From: the human T2T-CHM13v2.0 reference genome, Homo sapiens
DNA length: 64,000 bases
Strand: one strand, 5' to 3'
Assembly: GCF_009914755.1 (NCBI RefSeq)
Contig: NC_060927.1
Numbering within the stretch: position 1 is the stretch's first letter; the number at the start of each line of letters is the position of its first letter. Positions 1 to 21,599 of the stretch are shown here, one piece after another. The position numbers were made by a program, and so were the translations under genes. Under the pieces are notes generated by a model, which had not been told where the DNA came from, did not search any database, and saw only the letters and a list, made by a program, of their open reading frames with translations.

Positions 1-740
<740 letters not shown>

Positions 741-972
741 TCCTTGCATGCACTCAACTTTTTCTCCCCTTTTATGCTTCCTTTAATAGGAAAGAGAGTG
801 AGAGGTGAAAGTTTTTAATCTGTGCATTTCAGTTTTCATTTACCTTGGAATGACCGTGTTCCACCTTAGAACGAATACCTCTTCCTTACTAGTGCTGTAC
901 TAGCATCTTCAAGGAGAGCTTTAGAGAGATGGGATTTCCATCCTCTGGGAATTTAAAAGCCTATACAGGTAG

Positions 973-3245
<2,273 letters not shown>

Positions 3246-3669
3246 TAGAGGTTACAAGTTTGAATAAGTAATTTGAAGGAGATAGAGTTGTCTGTCATGC
3301 TGATATCTGAGGGAGGAGTGCACCAAAATGAGGGTGCAGCACGCAAAAGCGACATGAAACTGCTTGTGCCCAGCAAGGGAAAACAACAGTGAGGAGCCCC
3401 ATAAGAGGCATGCAACAGGGTATAGATGGGAATGGTGGAGGGCTATGGGGAGATTACAGATGCCCCTGTAGGTAATCATAGATAATTCTGGCTTTTATTT
3501 TGTGTAGGGTAAGAGCAGTGGAGGATTTGAGCAGAAGGACTATGTGATCTGACTTAAGGTTACTGTAACTCTGGCTGCTTTGTAGGGAAGAGACTGGAGT
3601 GGGACAAGGGTGAAATCAGGGAGAGTGGTTAGGAGGCCATTGCAATAATCCAGGCTGGTGGCAGTGGAG

Positions 3670-3810
3670 TAGGGTTGCCGCATTTAGCAAATAAAAATAC
3701 AGGACACCCAGTTAAATTTGAATTTAAGGTAAACAATATTTTTTGTATGTCTCATGTAACATTGGGAAATTCAAATTTTACTTGGTATTCTATTTTATCT
3801 GGCAACCTCC
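3670..3810. mobile_element. MER53-like hAT DNA transposon within L2 remnants
   Basis: Termini tagggttgcc...ggcaacct and internal aaatacaggacacccagttaaatttgaattt match my recollection of MER53. Confidence 0.65.
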
Positions 3811-4036
3811 AGTTGCCAGAAAGGAGGGAGTGAGGAGTGGTCAAATTCTAGATATATTTTGAAGGAATTAGTATAGTATTTGCTGACAGATTGGATGTGA
3901 GACTAAGAAAAGGGAATTGAGGAGGACTTAGATTTTGGCCTGAGCACCTGGAAGATGGAAGTGTCCTTAAATAAAATGGGAAGACCACAGGAGGAGAGTG
4001 CTTAGGGGAAGTTATGAGGATCTTGGCTTTGAACAT

Positions 4037-4352
4037 TGTCTTAGTCCGTTTTGTGTTGCTATAACTGAATATCACAGCTAGGTGATTTAAATAAATTTAT
4101 TTCTCACAGTTTTTGAGGCTAGAAAGTTCAATATCAAGGTACCAGTATCTGGAGCTCACTTTTATAACAACCCACTCTAGTGATAATGAACTCACTTCTG
4201 AATGCACTCCGGTTTACCCACTTACATTAATCTATTCATGAGGCTGGAGTCCTCATGGCCTAATCACCTCTTAACAGTCCTACCTCTTAATACTATCACA
4301 ATGGTAATTAAATTTCAACATAAGTTTTTGGAGGGGACATTTAAAACATAGC
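4037..4352 (-). mobile_element. MaLR LTR (MST/MLT1A-like)
   Basis: tgtcttagtccgttttgtgttgctataac ... ggggacatttaaaacatagca, with TG..CA ends and a MaLR-like body. Confidence 0.65.
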
Positions 4353-4699
4353 ATTCAGCTACGTGGGTTCAGCATGTGAAAGCTGCATATATGGAGGGCC
4401 AGTTTTTCATATATACTAGTTCTGCAGGGCTGGCTTCTGGACTTGAGTGTATGTGGATTTTGGTATATTGTTGGGGTCGGGCTGTGTCCTGGAACCAATC
4501 CTCCACATATGCAGAGGGACAACTGTAGTTCCCTTAACTGAGGTTAATGATTACTAGTTATGTGAAGGGATCCCCCCAAAATTTTATACTTTCCTTCTGA
4601 AAGAATTTTGGTGATGAGGAGCTGTAATCTGAAAGGGGCTTTTTCTGAGAGCTTATGGAGGAAAGTAAGGCAGATGAAATGATGCTTTGTTGGGGAAGA

Positions 4700-6829
<2,130 letters not shown>

Positions 6830-6925
6830 GGCTGGATGCAGTGGCACACACCTGTCATCTCAGCACTTTGGGAGGCCAAGGCAGGTGGATCACCTGAGGT
6901 CAGAAGTTCAAGACCCAGAAGTTCA

Positions 6926-7246
<321 letters not shown>

Positions 7247-7274
7247 TTATTACCTTGTTTCATGTTGAAACTAG

Positions 7275-7484
<210 letters not shown>

Positions 7485-8315
7485 TAGCTAATTTTTGTAT
7501 TTTTAGTAGAGACAGGATTTCACCATGTTGGCCTGGAGGGTCTCAATCTTTTGACCTTGTGATCTGCCCACCTCGGCCTCCCAAAGTGCTGGGATTACAG
7601 GTGTGATCTGGTGAGTTTTAGTCCTTGTAACTCATGCTGCATATTTTAGAAGCTGCCGATTTAATACTGGAATATTAACCAGGTATTCTGCAATATAATT
7701 TGTAGCATACCTTAGTCTGCCATTATTCAAAATTGTGATTGTTTCTAAAGAAATGTCTGTTTTTCAGCCCTTGTAAACGTTTAAAAATTTCTAGCCTTTT
7801 CCTTAAATAAAAATAGTCCTCATGATTCCTTTATTAATTTCTACATATAATATTTCTTTTTTTTTTTTTTGAGATGGAGTCTCGCTCTGTCACCCATGGT
7901 GGAGTGCAGTGGTGCGATCGCGGTTCACTGCAAGCTCCGCTTCGTGGGTTCATGCCATTCTCCTGCCTCAGCCTCCTGAGTAGCTGGGACTACAGGCGCC
8001 TGCCACCACGCCTGGCTAATTTTTGTATTTTTAGTAGAGACGGGGTTTCACCACGTTAGCCAGGATGGTCTCGATCTCCTGACCTTTTGATCCGCCCGCC
8101 TCGGCCTCCCAAACTGCCGGGATTACAGGCGTGAGCCACTGTGCCCGGCCAAATTTCTACATATAATATTTCTAAATCAGTTTGGGTTTAGCAATAACTT
8201 GTATCTCTTAAGGGAAACATGCTTTTCTGTGTGTTCTTGCTCTGCACACAGTTATTTCTTTCTGCCACTGTGGAATAAGCAGACCTCCATTACAATGCAA
8301 TTTAGTTCCCTAGAA

Positions 8316-8659
8316 CAGGGGTCTCCAACACCCAGGCCCCGGACCAGTACCAGTCAGTCCATGGCTTGTTAGGAACCAGGCCACACAGCAGGAGGTGAGC
8401 AGTGGGCCAGCCTGAGCTCTATCTCCTGTCAGGTCAGTGGCAGCATTAGATTCTCATAGGAGTGTGCATGAACCTTATTGTGAACTGCACATGCAAGGGA
8501 TCTAGGTTGTGCACTCCTTATGAGACTCTAATGCCTGATGATCTGAGGTGGAACAATTTCATTTTGAAACCATCCCCAACCCCACCCGCAACCAATGTCC
8601 ATGGAAAAATTGTCTTCCACAAAACTTGTCCCTGGTGCCAAAAAGGTTGGGAACTGCTG
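8316..8659. mobile_element. MER1B (hAT-Charlie) non-autonomous DNA transposon
   Basis: Terminal inverted repeats caggggtctccaac / gttgggaactgctg and an 8-bp TSD ccctagaa / ccctagga. Confidence 0.85.
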
Positions 8660-9430
8660 CCCTAGGACTCAAGGTCAGAGACCTAATGCCTGAGGGAAGA
8701 GAGTTTGCTTTCCATCCTGAGAAATCACCCTTAGCCATATTTTGCTAATTTGACCCATAATCACCTCTATGTGTTTTTTTTATCTTTATTCAGCTAACAA
8801 AGAACTTGCTTACTTTGCTCCTATTCTGTTTTCCCCACTTATGCTGTCCAGAGTTGCAACCTTTGTAAATCTAAACATCGACATCTCAAAATCCACTACC
8901 AACAGAGAGGGTACATGGGGCTTGATCCACTCAAGAGCAAGGAACAGTGTACTTTTTATGTAAACCATTGGAAAACTCCATACTTCATAGAAAGTATAAA
9001 ATTGGATGATCTAAAGACCTCTTGTGTGGTAGGGGTTGAACAGTCATGACTGAATATAATTGACAGCTTCCTGACCTTTGTAGGACATCTTTCTTCTGGT
9101 TGAATTCTGGGAAGATGGACATCTCAGGCTTGGGTAAACCATGTGGTAAACACAGACATGCTGCACAAGTAAAGGCAGGATAACTAATCAAAAGGAAGAA
9201 ATGTTACTTCATCTTCTACCACACATATATTGAATCTCTCCTGTTTAATCCAGTTAACTGGAGTTGCTGGTTTCATTCTCAACATTAAGGGGGGAGTTTG
9301 GTCATGTAGACTGAGAGAGACTACCTTTTTTACCTTCTAGTCATACAGGACCTCCTTAGACTCACCCCTTTGATGCTGGCACACTGTCAGATACCTGGAA
9401 CTATAAGGGCCTTTTAAATGCTTGCATTTC

Positions 9431-12632
<3,202 letters not shown>

Positions 12633-12647
12633 TTATAATAATGGAAG

Positions 12648-14073
12648 TGTGTCCAGAATTGGTGGGTTCTTGGTTTCACTGACTTCAAGAATGAGGCCAA
12701 AGACCCTTGCGGTGAGTGTTACAGTTCTTAAAAGCGGCATGTCCAGAGTTTGTTCCTTCTGATGTTTGGATGTGTTTGGAGTTTCTTCCTTCTGGTGGGT
12801 TTGGGGTCTTGCTGGCTCAGGAGTGAAGCTGCAGACCTTTGCGGTGAGTGTTAACAGCTCATAAAGGCAGTGCGGACCCAAAGATTGAGCAGGAGCAAGA
12901 TTTATTGCAAAGAGTGAAAGAACAAATCTTCCGCAGTGTGGAAGAGGATCGGAGCTGGTTGCCACTGCTGGCTCGGGCATCCTCCTTTTATTCCCTTATC
13001 TGGCCCCACCCACATCCTGCTGATTGGTCCATTTTACAGAGAGCTGATCGGTCTGTTTTACAGAGAGCTGATTGGTCCGTTTTGACAGGGTGCTGATTGG
13101 TGTGTTCACAATCCCTGAGCTAGACACAAAAGTTCTCCAAGTCCCCACAGAGCACTGATTGGTGCATTTACAAACCTTGAGCTAGACACAGGGTGCTGAT
13201 TGGCGTGTTTGCAAACCTTGAGCTAGACAGAGTGCTGATTGTTGTATTTACAATCCCTTAGCTAGACATAAAGGTTCTCCAAGTCCCCACTAGATTAGCT
13301 AGACACAGAGCACTGATTGGTGCATTTACAAACCTTGAGCTAGGCACAGAGTGCTGATTGTTGTATTTACAATTCCTTAGCTAGACATAAAGGTTCTCCA
13401 AGTCCCCACCAGATTAGCTGATACAGAGTGCTGATTGGTGCATTTACAAACCTTGAGCTAGACACAGAGTGCTGATTGGTGTATCTACAATCCTTTAGCT
13501 AGACATAAAGTTTCTCCAAGTCCCCACTAGACTCAGGAGCCCAGCTGGCTTCACCTAGTGGATCCTGCACTGGGGCCGCAGGCGGAGCTGCCTGCCAGTC
13601 CCACACCATGTGCCCACACTCCTCAGCCCTTGGGTGGTCGATGGGACCGGGCACCACGGAGCAGGGGGCAGTGCTAGTCAGGGAGGCTGGGGCCACGTAG
13701 GAGCCCATGGTGGGCCGGCACTGCTGGAGGACCCGGTGCACCCTCCACAGCTGCTGGCCCAGGTGCTAGGCCCCTCACTGCCTGGGGCCAGCGGCGCAGG
13801 CTGGCTGCTCTGAGTGCAGGGCCTGCCAAGCCCATGCCCACCTGGAACTCGAGCTGGCCCGCAAGTGCATGCGCAGCCCTGGTTTCTGCCCGTGCCTCTC
13901 CATCACACCTCCCTGCAAGCAGAGGGAGCTGGCTCTGACCTCGGCTAGCCCAGAGAGGGGCTCCCATAGTGCAGCGACAGGCTGAAGGGCTCCTCAAGCA
14001 TGGCCAGAGTGGACGCCAAGGCCAAGGAAGCTCCGAGAGCAAGCGAGGGCTGCCAGCATGCTGTCACCTCTCA
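12648..14073 (-). mobile_element. Solo ERV9 LTR (LTR12C/D/E-like), 1426 bp, antisense to IHO1
   Basis: Minus strand begins TGAGAGGTGACAGC and ends ...TTCTGGACACA. GC-rich distal U3, tandem CCAAT repeats, 4-bp TSD gaag/gagg. Confidence 0.93.
13020..13530 (-). repeat. LTR12 U3 tandem repeat array (gctagacacagagtgctgattggtgcatttacaa units; CCAAT boxes on the minus strand)
   Basis: Directly visible repeated ctgattgg and gctagacac units. Confidence 0.9.
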
Positions 14074-14620
14074 GAGGTACCTCATACAGACTCTTCTTCT
14101 CTTCATCTCTTCTGTATCTGCTGTATCTTCTTGTGCTTTTTTTATTCTGTCCATTACAAAAGTGGTATGAATCCAGCTCTGTGTGTTAACTGAGGAATGA
14201 CTTTGTATCTAGCATTGGGCCTGTTAGTGTCAGAGAAGGTCCAACATCTGGACACTCAGTCCAGTTGCGGCAACTGCTACTGAAATAGCAAGGAGCAAAA
14301 TCGAGATGATGTTCAGATATATGTTCAGTTGTACAGTGCAGTTTATGGGTACTGTGGAGATTAAGAGGCACTCTAGGTATTGACAAGGCTCATTGAGGTA
14401 TTGTCCTCTCAACTACTCCACTAAGGTACTTACACTGGTGTCTACCATCCTGCAATAAGCTTGCCACTGCTAACTTAGTGAGTATGCCTGAGAAGTAGTG
14501 TATATTTAAGGGATTTGTAATTGCTTATTATATGCTCTTATCACTGGATAGTTTCTTTCCTCTTTAACACCTTCCTGAAGTTATCAATCGATCAGAAACC
14601 TAGAGCACTGTTTTTTTTAA

Positions 14621-15367
<747 letters not shown>

Positions 15368-15618
15368 TAATCCAACCGCCTCAGCCTCCCAAAATGCTGG
15401 CATTACAGGCATGACTCCATGCCTGGCCTTCATAGTTTTAAGATATAAATCCTACATAATTTCAGTAGGCTCACAAAACTGTTCCCAGCCTACCAAGCCT
15501 AGCTAATTATTCTCTTTGGCCCAAGAGGAAAATCATAGAGAACTATTTTGAGCAATGATGGTGTTACCCATATTATATGTTTGTAACCCATTACTTAGTT
15601 TATCTCAGGGAATGTTTC

Positions 15619-16026
15619 TGTTACCAAAACACCAGGGGTTCAGTCTAGGTCCTGCTGCTCGCCACACAGAAAGCCAATCACTGAGATGAGGAGTATTACC
15701 AAGGAAGAAGGCTTTAATTGGGTGCTACAGCCAAGGAGATGGGAGCTTAGCCTCAAATCCATCTCCCTGACTAAAATTAAGGGTTTATTTAGCAGGGAGG
15801 AAATGTAACAATTTGTAAGAAAACAAGAACTAGGGAGGGGCAAGGAGGCATCTAGTGCAGTGATCTGGTGAGTTTCAGTTATTTGATACTTTTTTGAGAG
15901 GCCTGAAGGTCCTTTTCTGAGGAAGAAACTCAGATAAACAAATGCAAGTTTCAAGCTTTAACAGGAGAAGGGTCAATTTCTACATTTATCCAAAAACAAC
16001 TGTCTATGGGACTAGGGCTAGTTTCA
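15619..16026 (-). mobile_element. Solo ERV LTR (LTR47/LTR26-like)
   Basis: TG...CA ends, perfect 4-bp TSD tttc; minus strand starts TGAAACTAGCCCTAGTCCCATAGACAG. Subfamily name tentative. Confidence 0.7.
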
Positions 16027-16390
16027 TTTCTGAGTAAAAATAATCACCCTTCTCTATCCTGAACTATTAGAGTCTCTTTCTGTTTTAATAATAATGTTTA
16101 TATCAAAATAGAAACAAGTAGTATTAATATTATAAAGGCTTCTTTGGCTCACAATATGTACTTATATGTTATCTAATTGCTTTGAATTTAACATTTGATA
16201 AAGGAATGATTTGTGTATGTGTTTTAATGCAGCAGTCCCTAACCTTTTTGGTAACAGGGACCAGTTTGTGGAAGACAATTTTTCCACAGACCAGGATACG
16301 GAGAAATTGTTTCAGAATGATTCAAGTGCATTAGATTTATCATGCACTTTGTTTCTATTATTACATTGTAATATATAATAGAATAATTAT

Positions 16391-16589
<199 letters not shown>

Positions 16590-16590
<1 letters not shown>

Positions 16591-17737
16591 TTAAATGTAA
16601 GGCCTAACACCATAAAAACCCTAGAAGGAAACCTAGGCAATACCATTCAGGACATAGGCATGGGCAAAGACTTCATGACTAAAACACCAAAAGCAATGGC
16701 AACAAAAGCCAAAATAGACAAATGGGATCTAACTAAACTAAAGAGCTATGCACAGCAAAAGAAATTATCATCAGAGTGAACAGGCACCCTACGGAATGGG
16801 AGAAAATTTTTGCAATCTACACATCTGATAAAGGGCTAATATCCAGAATCTACAAAGAAATTAAACAAATTCACAAGAAAAAAAACCCCATCAAAAAGTG
16901 GGCAAAGAATATGAACAGACACTTCTCAAAATAAGACATTTATGCAACCAACAGACATATGCAGAAATGCTCATCATCACTTGTCGTCAGAGAAATGCAA
17001 GTCAAAAACCACAATGAGATACCATCTCAAGCCAGTTAGAATGGCGATCATTAAAAAGTCAGGAAACAACAGACGCTGGAGAGGATGTGGAGAAATAGGA
17101 ACACTTTTACACTGTTGGTGGGAGTGTACATTAGTTCAACCATTGTGGAAGACAGTGTGGCAATTCCTCAAGGATCTGGAATAGAAATACCATTTGACTC
17201 AGCAATCCCATTACTGGGCATATACCTAAAGGATTATAAATCATTAACTGATAAAGACACATGCACATGTATATTTATTGTGGCACTGTTAACAATAGCA
17301 AAGACTTGGAACTAACCCAAATGTTTATCAATGAGAGACTGGATTAAGAAAATGTGGCACATATACACCATGGAATACTATGCAGCCATAAAAAAGAATG
17401 AGTTCATGTCCTTTTCAGGGACATGGATAAAGCTGGAAACCATCATTCTAAGCAAACTATCACAAGGACAGAAAACCAAACACCACATGTTCTCACTCAA
17501 GTGGGAGTTGAACAATGAGAACACATGGACACAGGATAGGGAACATCACACACCAGGCTGGTTGGGGGGTGGGGGGCTGGGGGGCTGGGGGAGGGATAGC
17601 ATTAGGAGAAATACCTAATGTAAATGAGGAGTTGATGGGTGCAGCAAACCAACATGGCACATGTATACCTAAGTAATAAACCTGCACGTTGTGCACATGT
17701 ACCCTAGAACTTAAAGTATAATAAAAAAAAAAAAAAA
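16590..17737 (+). mobile_element. L1PA (PA5/6-like) 3' fragment: ORF2 C-terminus, 3' UTR and poly(A)
   Basis: ORF2 peptides [20 protein letters not shown] and KKMWHIYTMEYYAAIKK, G-rich 3' UTR, ...aacttaaagtataataaaa tail. Confidence 0.93.
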
Positions 17738-18000
17738 GAAAAAATTATACAGCTCACTGTGATGTAGAATTAGTGGGAGCCCTGAGTTTGCTTTCCTGCA
17801 ACTAGACGGTCCCATTTGTGGGTGATGGGAGACAGTGACAGATCATCAGGCATCAGATTCTCATAAGGAGCGCACAACCTAGATCCCTTGCATGTGCAGT
17901 TCACAATAGGGTTTGTGCTCCTGTTAGAATCTAATACTGGTACTGATCTGACAGAAGGCAGAGCTCAGATGGTAATAGAGACCAGCCTGGGCAACATGAC

Positions 18001-18930
18001 TGTCAGTTCCCGGGTCTGGGTCCAGCCCATGCTGAAGTCCAAGGGGAGTGGGTGGATAAGCAGAAAGAACATTTGGGGGTCTGTAGGCAGATGAATATGG
18101 TTTTATTCTGCAGCTTTCTCATTAGCAGCTTACTCTCACACTGGCTTTCTTATTAGCAGCTTACTCTCACACTCTCCGCCCTGCTGTCTTGGCTGCTTGA
18201 GCTGGCTGCCCCCATGAGCAGCTGCGCAGCTGGCTCTCCCTTCCCTTCAGGGTCAGCAGCTTAACTCTTTCTCTGGGCACAAGCAAGCTGAGGTGTATCC
18301 TGGTTCCCACCTCTCCGTCTGCAAAGAAGGACAGCTCCGGCTCTCTCTCTCTCTTTCTCTGGGTGCCAGCATGCCCACCATGTCAAGCCATGTTGAGCTG
18401 AGCCAAGCCAAGCCCCCAAGAGACCCCTGTACAGTGTCAGCAGGACAGTTAATACCTTTTTTTTTTTTTTTTTTTTTTTTGAGATAGTCTTGCTCTGTTG
18501 CCCAGGCTGGAGTGCAGTGGATGCAATCTTGGCTCACTGCAGCCTCTGCCTTCTGGGTTCTAGTGATTCTCTTGCCTCAGACTCCCAAGTAGCAGGGATT
18601 ACAAGCACATGCCACCACACCCGGCTAATTTTTGTATTTTTAGTAGAGATGGGATTTCACCATGTTGGCCAGGCTGATTTCAAACTCCTGACCTTATGAT
18701 CCGCCCACCTTGGCCTCTCAAAGTGCTGGGATTATAGACGTGAGCCACTGCTCTTGGCTGCAGTTATACCTTTTTCAGACAATAGTGGCATAGAGCCAAG
18801 TATGAACTTACACAAACAGGTTATATAACAAGTGGAGTTATGTGCTTGCATGCCAAACTTGCTGAGTCATGCAGGCCTGGATATCTGCCTCGGCCTATTC
18901 CTTGACTAAAGCACATCCGTGTACCTTACA
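18001..18930 (-). mobile_element. LTR18B-like solo LTR (ERVL class) inserted in an Alu and itself containing an Alu (~18456-18757)
   Basis: Perfect 5-bp TSD ATGAC within the Alu sequence (gcaacATGAC|...|ATGACaaaaccc). Minus strand starts TGTAAGGTACACGGATGTGC. AP-1 site TGAGTCA at 18863-18869. Confidence 0.8.
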
Positions 18931-19219
18931 ATGACAAAACCCTGTCTCTACAAAAAATAAAAAAATTAGCTGGGCGTGGTGATGCATGCCTACTAGGGAG
19001 GCTGAGTTGGGAGGATCACCTGAGCAGAGGTTGCAGTGAGATGGGATCATGCCATTGCATTCCAGCCTGGGTGACAGAGCAAGATCCTGTCTCAAAAAAT
19101 GAATAAATAAAAAATAAGAGGCTCATGCTTGTAATCCCAGCACTTTGGAAGGCTGAGGCGGATGCATCACTTGAGGTCAGGAGTTTGAGACCAGCCTGGC
19201 CAACATGGTGAAACCCCAT

Positions 19220-19729
19220 TGTTGGGAACAGGCCCCCAAGTCTGGCCATAAACGGGCCTCAAAACTGGCCAAAAACAAAATCTCCACAGCAGTGTGACAT
19301 GTTCATGATGGCCTTGACGCCCACGCTGAAGGTGGTGGGTTTACCGGAATGAGGGCAAGGAACACCTCACCCACCCAGGGCAGAAAACTGCTTAAAGGCA
19401 ATCCTAAACCACAACCAATAGCATGAATGATTTGTGCCTTAAGGACATGTTCCTGCTGCAGATAACTAGCCAGAGTCCATCCCTTTGTTTTGGCCCATCC
19501 CTTTGTTTCCCGTAAGGAATACTTTTAGTTAATATATAATCTATAGAAATAATGCTTATCACTGGCTTGCTGTCAATAAATATGTGGGTCAAACTCTGTT
19601 CGGGGCTGTCAGCTCTGAAGGCTGTGAGTCCCCTGATTTCCCTTTCCACACTCTATATTTCTGTGTGTGTGTCTTTAATTCTTCTAGTGCCGCTGGGTTA
19701 GGGTCTCCACAACCGAGCTGGTCTCAGCA
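19220..19729 (+). mobile_element. MER9 5' LTR (510 bp)
   Basis: TG...CA ends, AATAAA at 19575-19580, followed by the PBS. Confidence 0.92.
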
Positions 19730-19731
19730 AG

Positions 19732-19750
19732 TGGTGCCCATACGTGGGGC
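19732..19750 (+). promoter_or_regulatory. HML-3 primer-binding site (tRNA-Lys CUU-like); splice donor GTG|gtgagt at 19842
   Basis: tggtgcccatacgtggggc resembles TGGCGCCCAACGTGGGGC, the complement of the tRNA-Lys(CUU) 3' end. Confidence 0.8.
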
Positions 19751-19879
19751 TCGAACCCTGGCCGAAGGGTCACCAGAGCAATGGTTGGAAAACGTAGAGC
19801 TAAGCTGGAGGACACCTGAGTACTCTTAAGCAATCCCTGTGGTGAGTAAGAAGGGGAGCTCGGAAGCATCAGGGTAACA

Positions 19880-20424
19880 ATGGGACAAGTGTGGGCTCTG
19901 GTTCGTTCCACCTTGGAACCTTTCATACTAATGATGAGGAGGAAGGAAAGTATAACAAAGTAATAGAAGAGGTAATGGAGCAGGTTTGCTTGCCAGCTAA
20001 AGCTAAAGTGGCAAAGGAGGAAGAGTTTCATCCCTACCCTTCTGCACCCCCTCCTTATTTTGAAGAAAAAGAGTGGCCTGAGCCTCCAGATCTTTCTTTT
20101 CCGGAGGACACTGGGTGAAAAGTGGTTGCCCCAGTGACTGAGCAGCACCTTGAGCAACTGCTCTCAGTTCTATTCAGGCAGGAATTCAGCAAGCTAGACA
20201 AGAGGGTGATATAGAGGCTTGGCAGTTCTCTGTTAGGATACACCCCACAGATCAACAGGGAAATATTATAGCTACATTTGAGCCTTTTCCTTTTAAATTC
20301 GGGAAATGCCATGAGGGTCCCGTCCCGGGCCCTGTTCCAAACTGGGGCATTTCCGGCTCAGGCAATTCCCTCATCTGTGTACAATGCCTGTCCCCCACCA
20401 CAGCTGGTAGTGCCGCAGTAGATT
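19880..20424 (+). pseudogene. HML-3 gag remnant (large internal deletion) and start of dUTPase
   Basis: MGQVWALVRSTLE... with a PSAPPPY late-domain-like motif, frameshifts and stops. Jumps at ~20300 to the gag-end/pro region and ends in GSAAVD. Confidence 0.8.
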
Positions 20425-21599
20425 TGTGTCCAGAATTTATTCCTTCCAGCAGGTTCTTGGTCTCGCTGACTTCAGGAATGAAGCCGCAGACCTTAGTGGT
20501 GAGTGTTACAGCTCTTAAAGATGGTGTGTCCGGAGTTTGTTCCTTCAGATGTTAAGATGTGTCTGGAGTTTCTTCCTTCCAGTGGATTTGTGGTCTTGCT
20601 GACTTTAGGAGTGAAGCCATGGATCTTTGTGGCGAGTGTCACAGCTCTTAAAGGTGGTGCAGACCCAGCCAGCCATGGTGGCTCATGACTGTAATCCCAG
20701 CACTTTGGGAGGCTGAGGTGGGCGGATCATGAGGTCAGGAGATCAAGACTATACTGGCTGACACAGTGAAACCCCATCTCTACTAAAAATATAAAAAATT
20801 AGCCGGGCGTGGTGGTGGGCACCTGTAGTTCCAGCTACTCAGGAGGCTGAGGCAGGAGAATGGCATGAACCTGGGAGGCAGAGCTTGCAGTGAGCTGAGA
20901 TAGCGCCACTGTACTCCAGCCTGGGCGACAGTTCAAGACTCCATCAAAAAATAAAAAATAAAAGGTGGCGTGGACCCAAAGAGTGAGCAGCAGCAAAAGA
21001 ACAAATCTTCCACAATGTGGAAGGGGACCCGAACGGGTTGCCGCTGCTGGCTCCAGTGGCCAGCATTTATTCCATAATTTGGCCCTGCCCACATTCTGCT
21101 GATTGGTCCACTTTACAGTGAGCTGATTGGCCCATTTTACAGAGTGCTGATTGGGCCATTTTACAGAGTGCTGATTGGTGCATTTACAATCCTTTAGCTA
21201 GACACAGAGTGCTGACTGGTGTGTTTTTACAGAGTGCTGATTGGTGCATTTTTACAGAGTGCTGATTGGTGCATTTACAATCCTTTAGCTAGACACAGAG
21301 CGCTGATTGGTGTATTTTTACAGAGTGCTGATTGGTGCGTTTACAATCCTTTAGCTAGACACAGAGCACTGATTGGTGCATTTTTACAGAGTGCTGATTA
21401 GTGCGTTTACAATCCTTTAGCTATACACATAGTGCTGATTGGTGCGTTTTTTACAGAGTGCTGATGGTGCATTTACAATCCTTTAGCTAGACACAGAGCG
21501 CTGATTGGTGCAGTTACAATCCTCTAGCTAGGCAGAAAAGTTCTCCAAGTCCCCACTCGACCCAGGAAGTCCAGCTGGATTCACCTCTCAATCCCCCCT

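Noticed and set aside
13020-13530. Regularly spaced repeats (also ~21090-21535 and ~28995-29280) resembling a CRISPR array
   Set aside because: They are LTR12 U3 tandem repeats with no unique spacers, in eukaryotic DNA with no cas genes.
14074-14620. Unique-looking sequence beside the solo LTR12 as a possible pseudogene or exon
   Set aside because: No recognisable protein similarity, convincing splice pair or TSD; it cannot be supported without a search.
17564-17595. G-quadruplex-like G-tracts
   Set aside because: This is the ordinary G-rich tract of the L1 3' UTR, slightly expanded.
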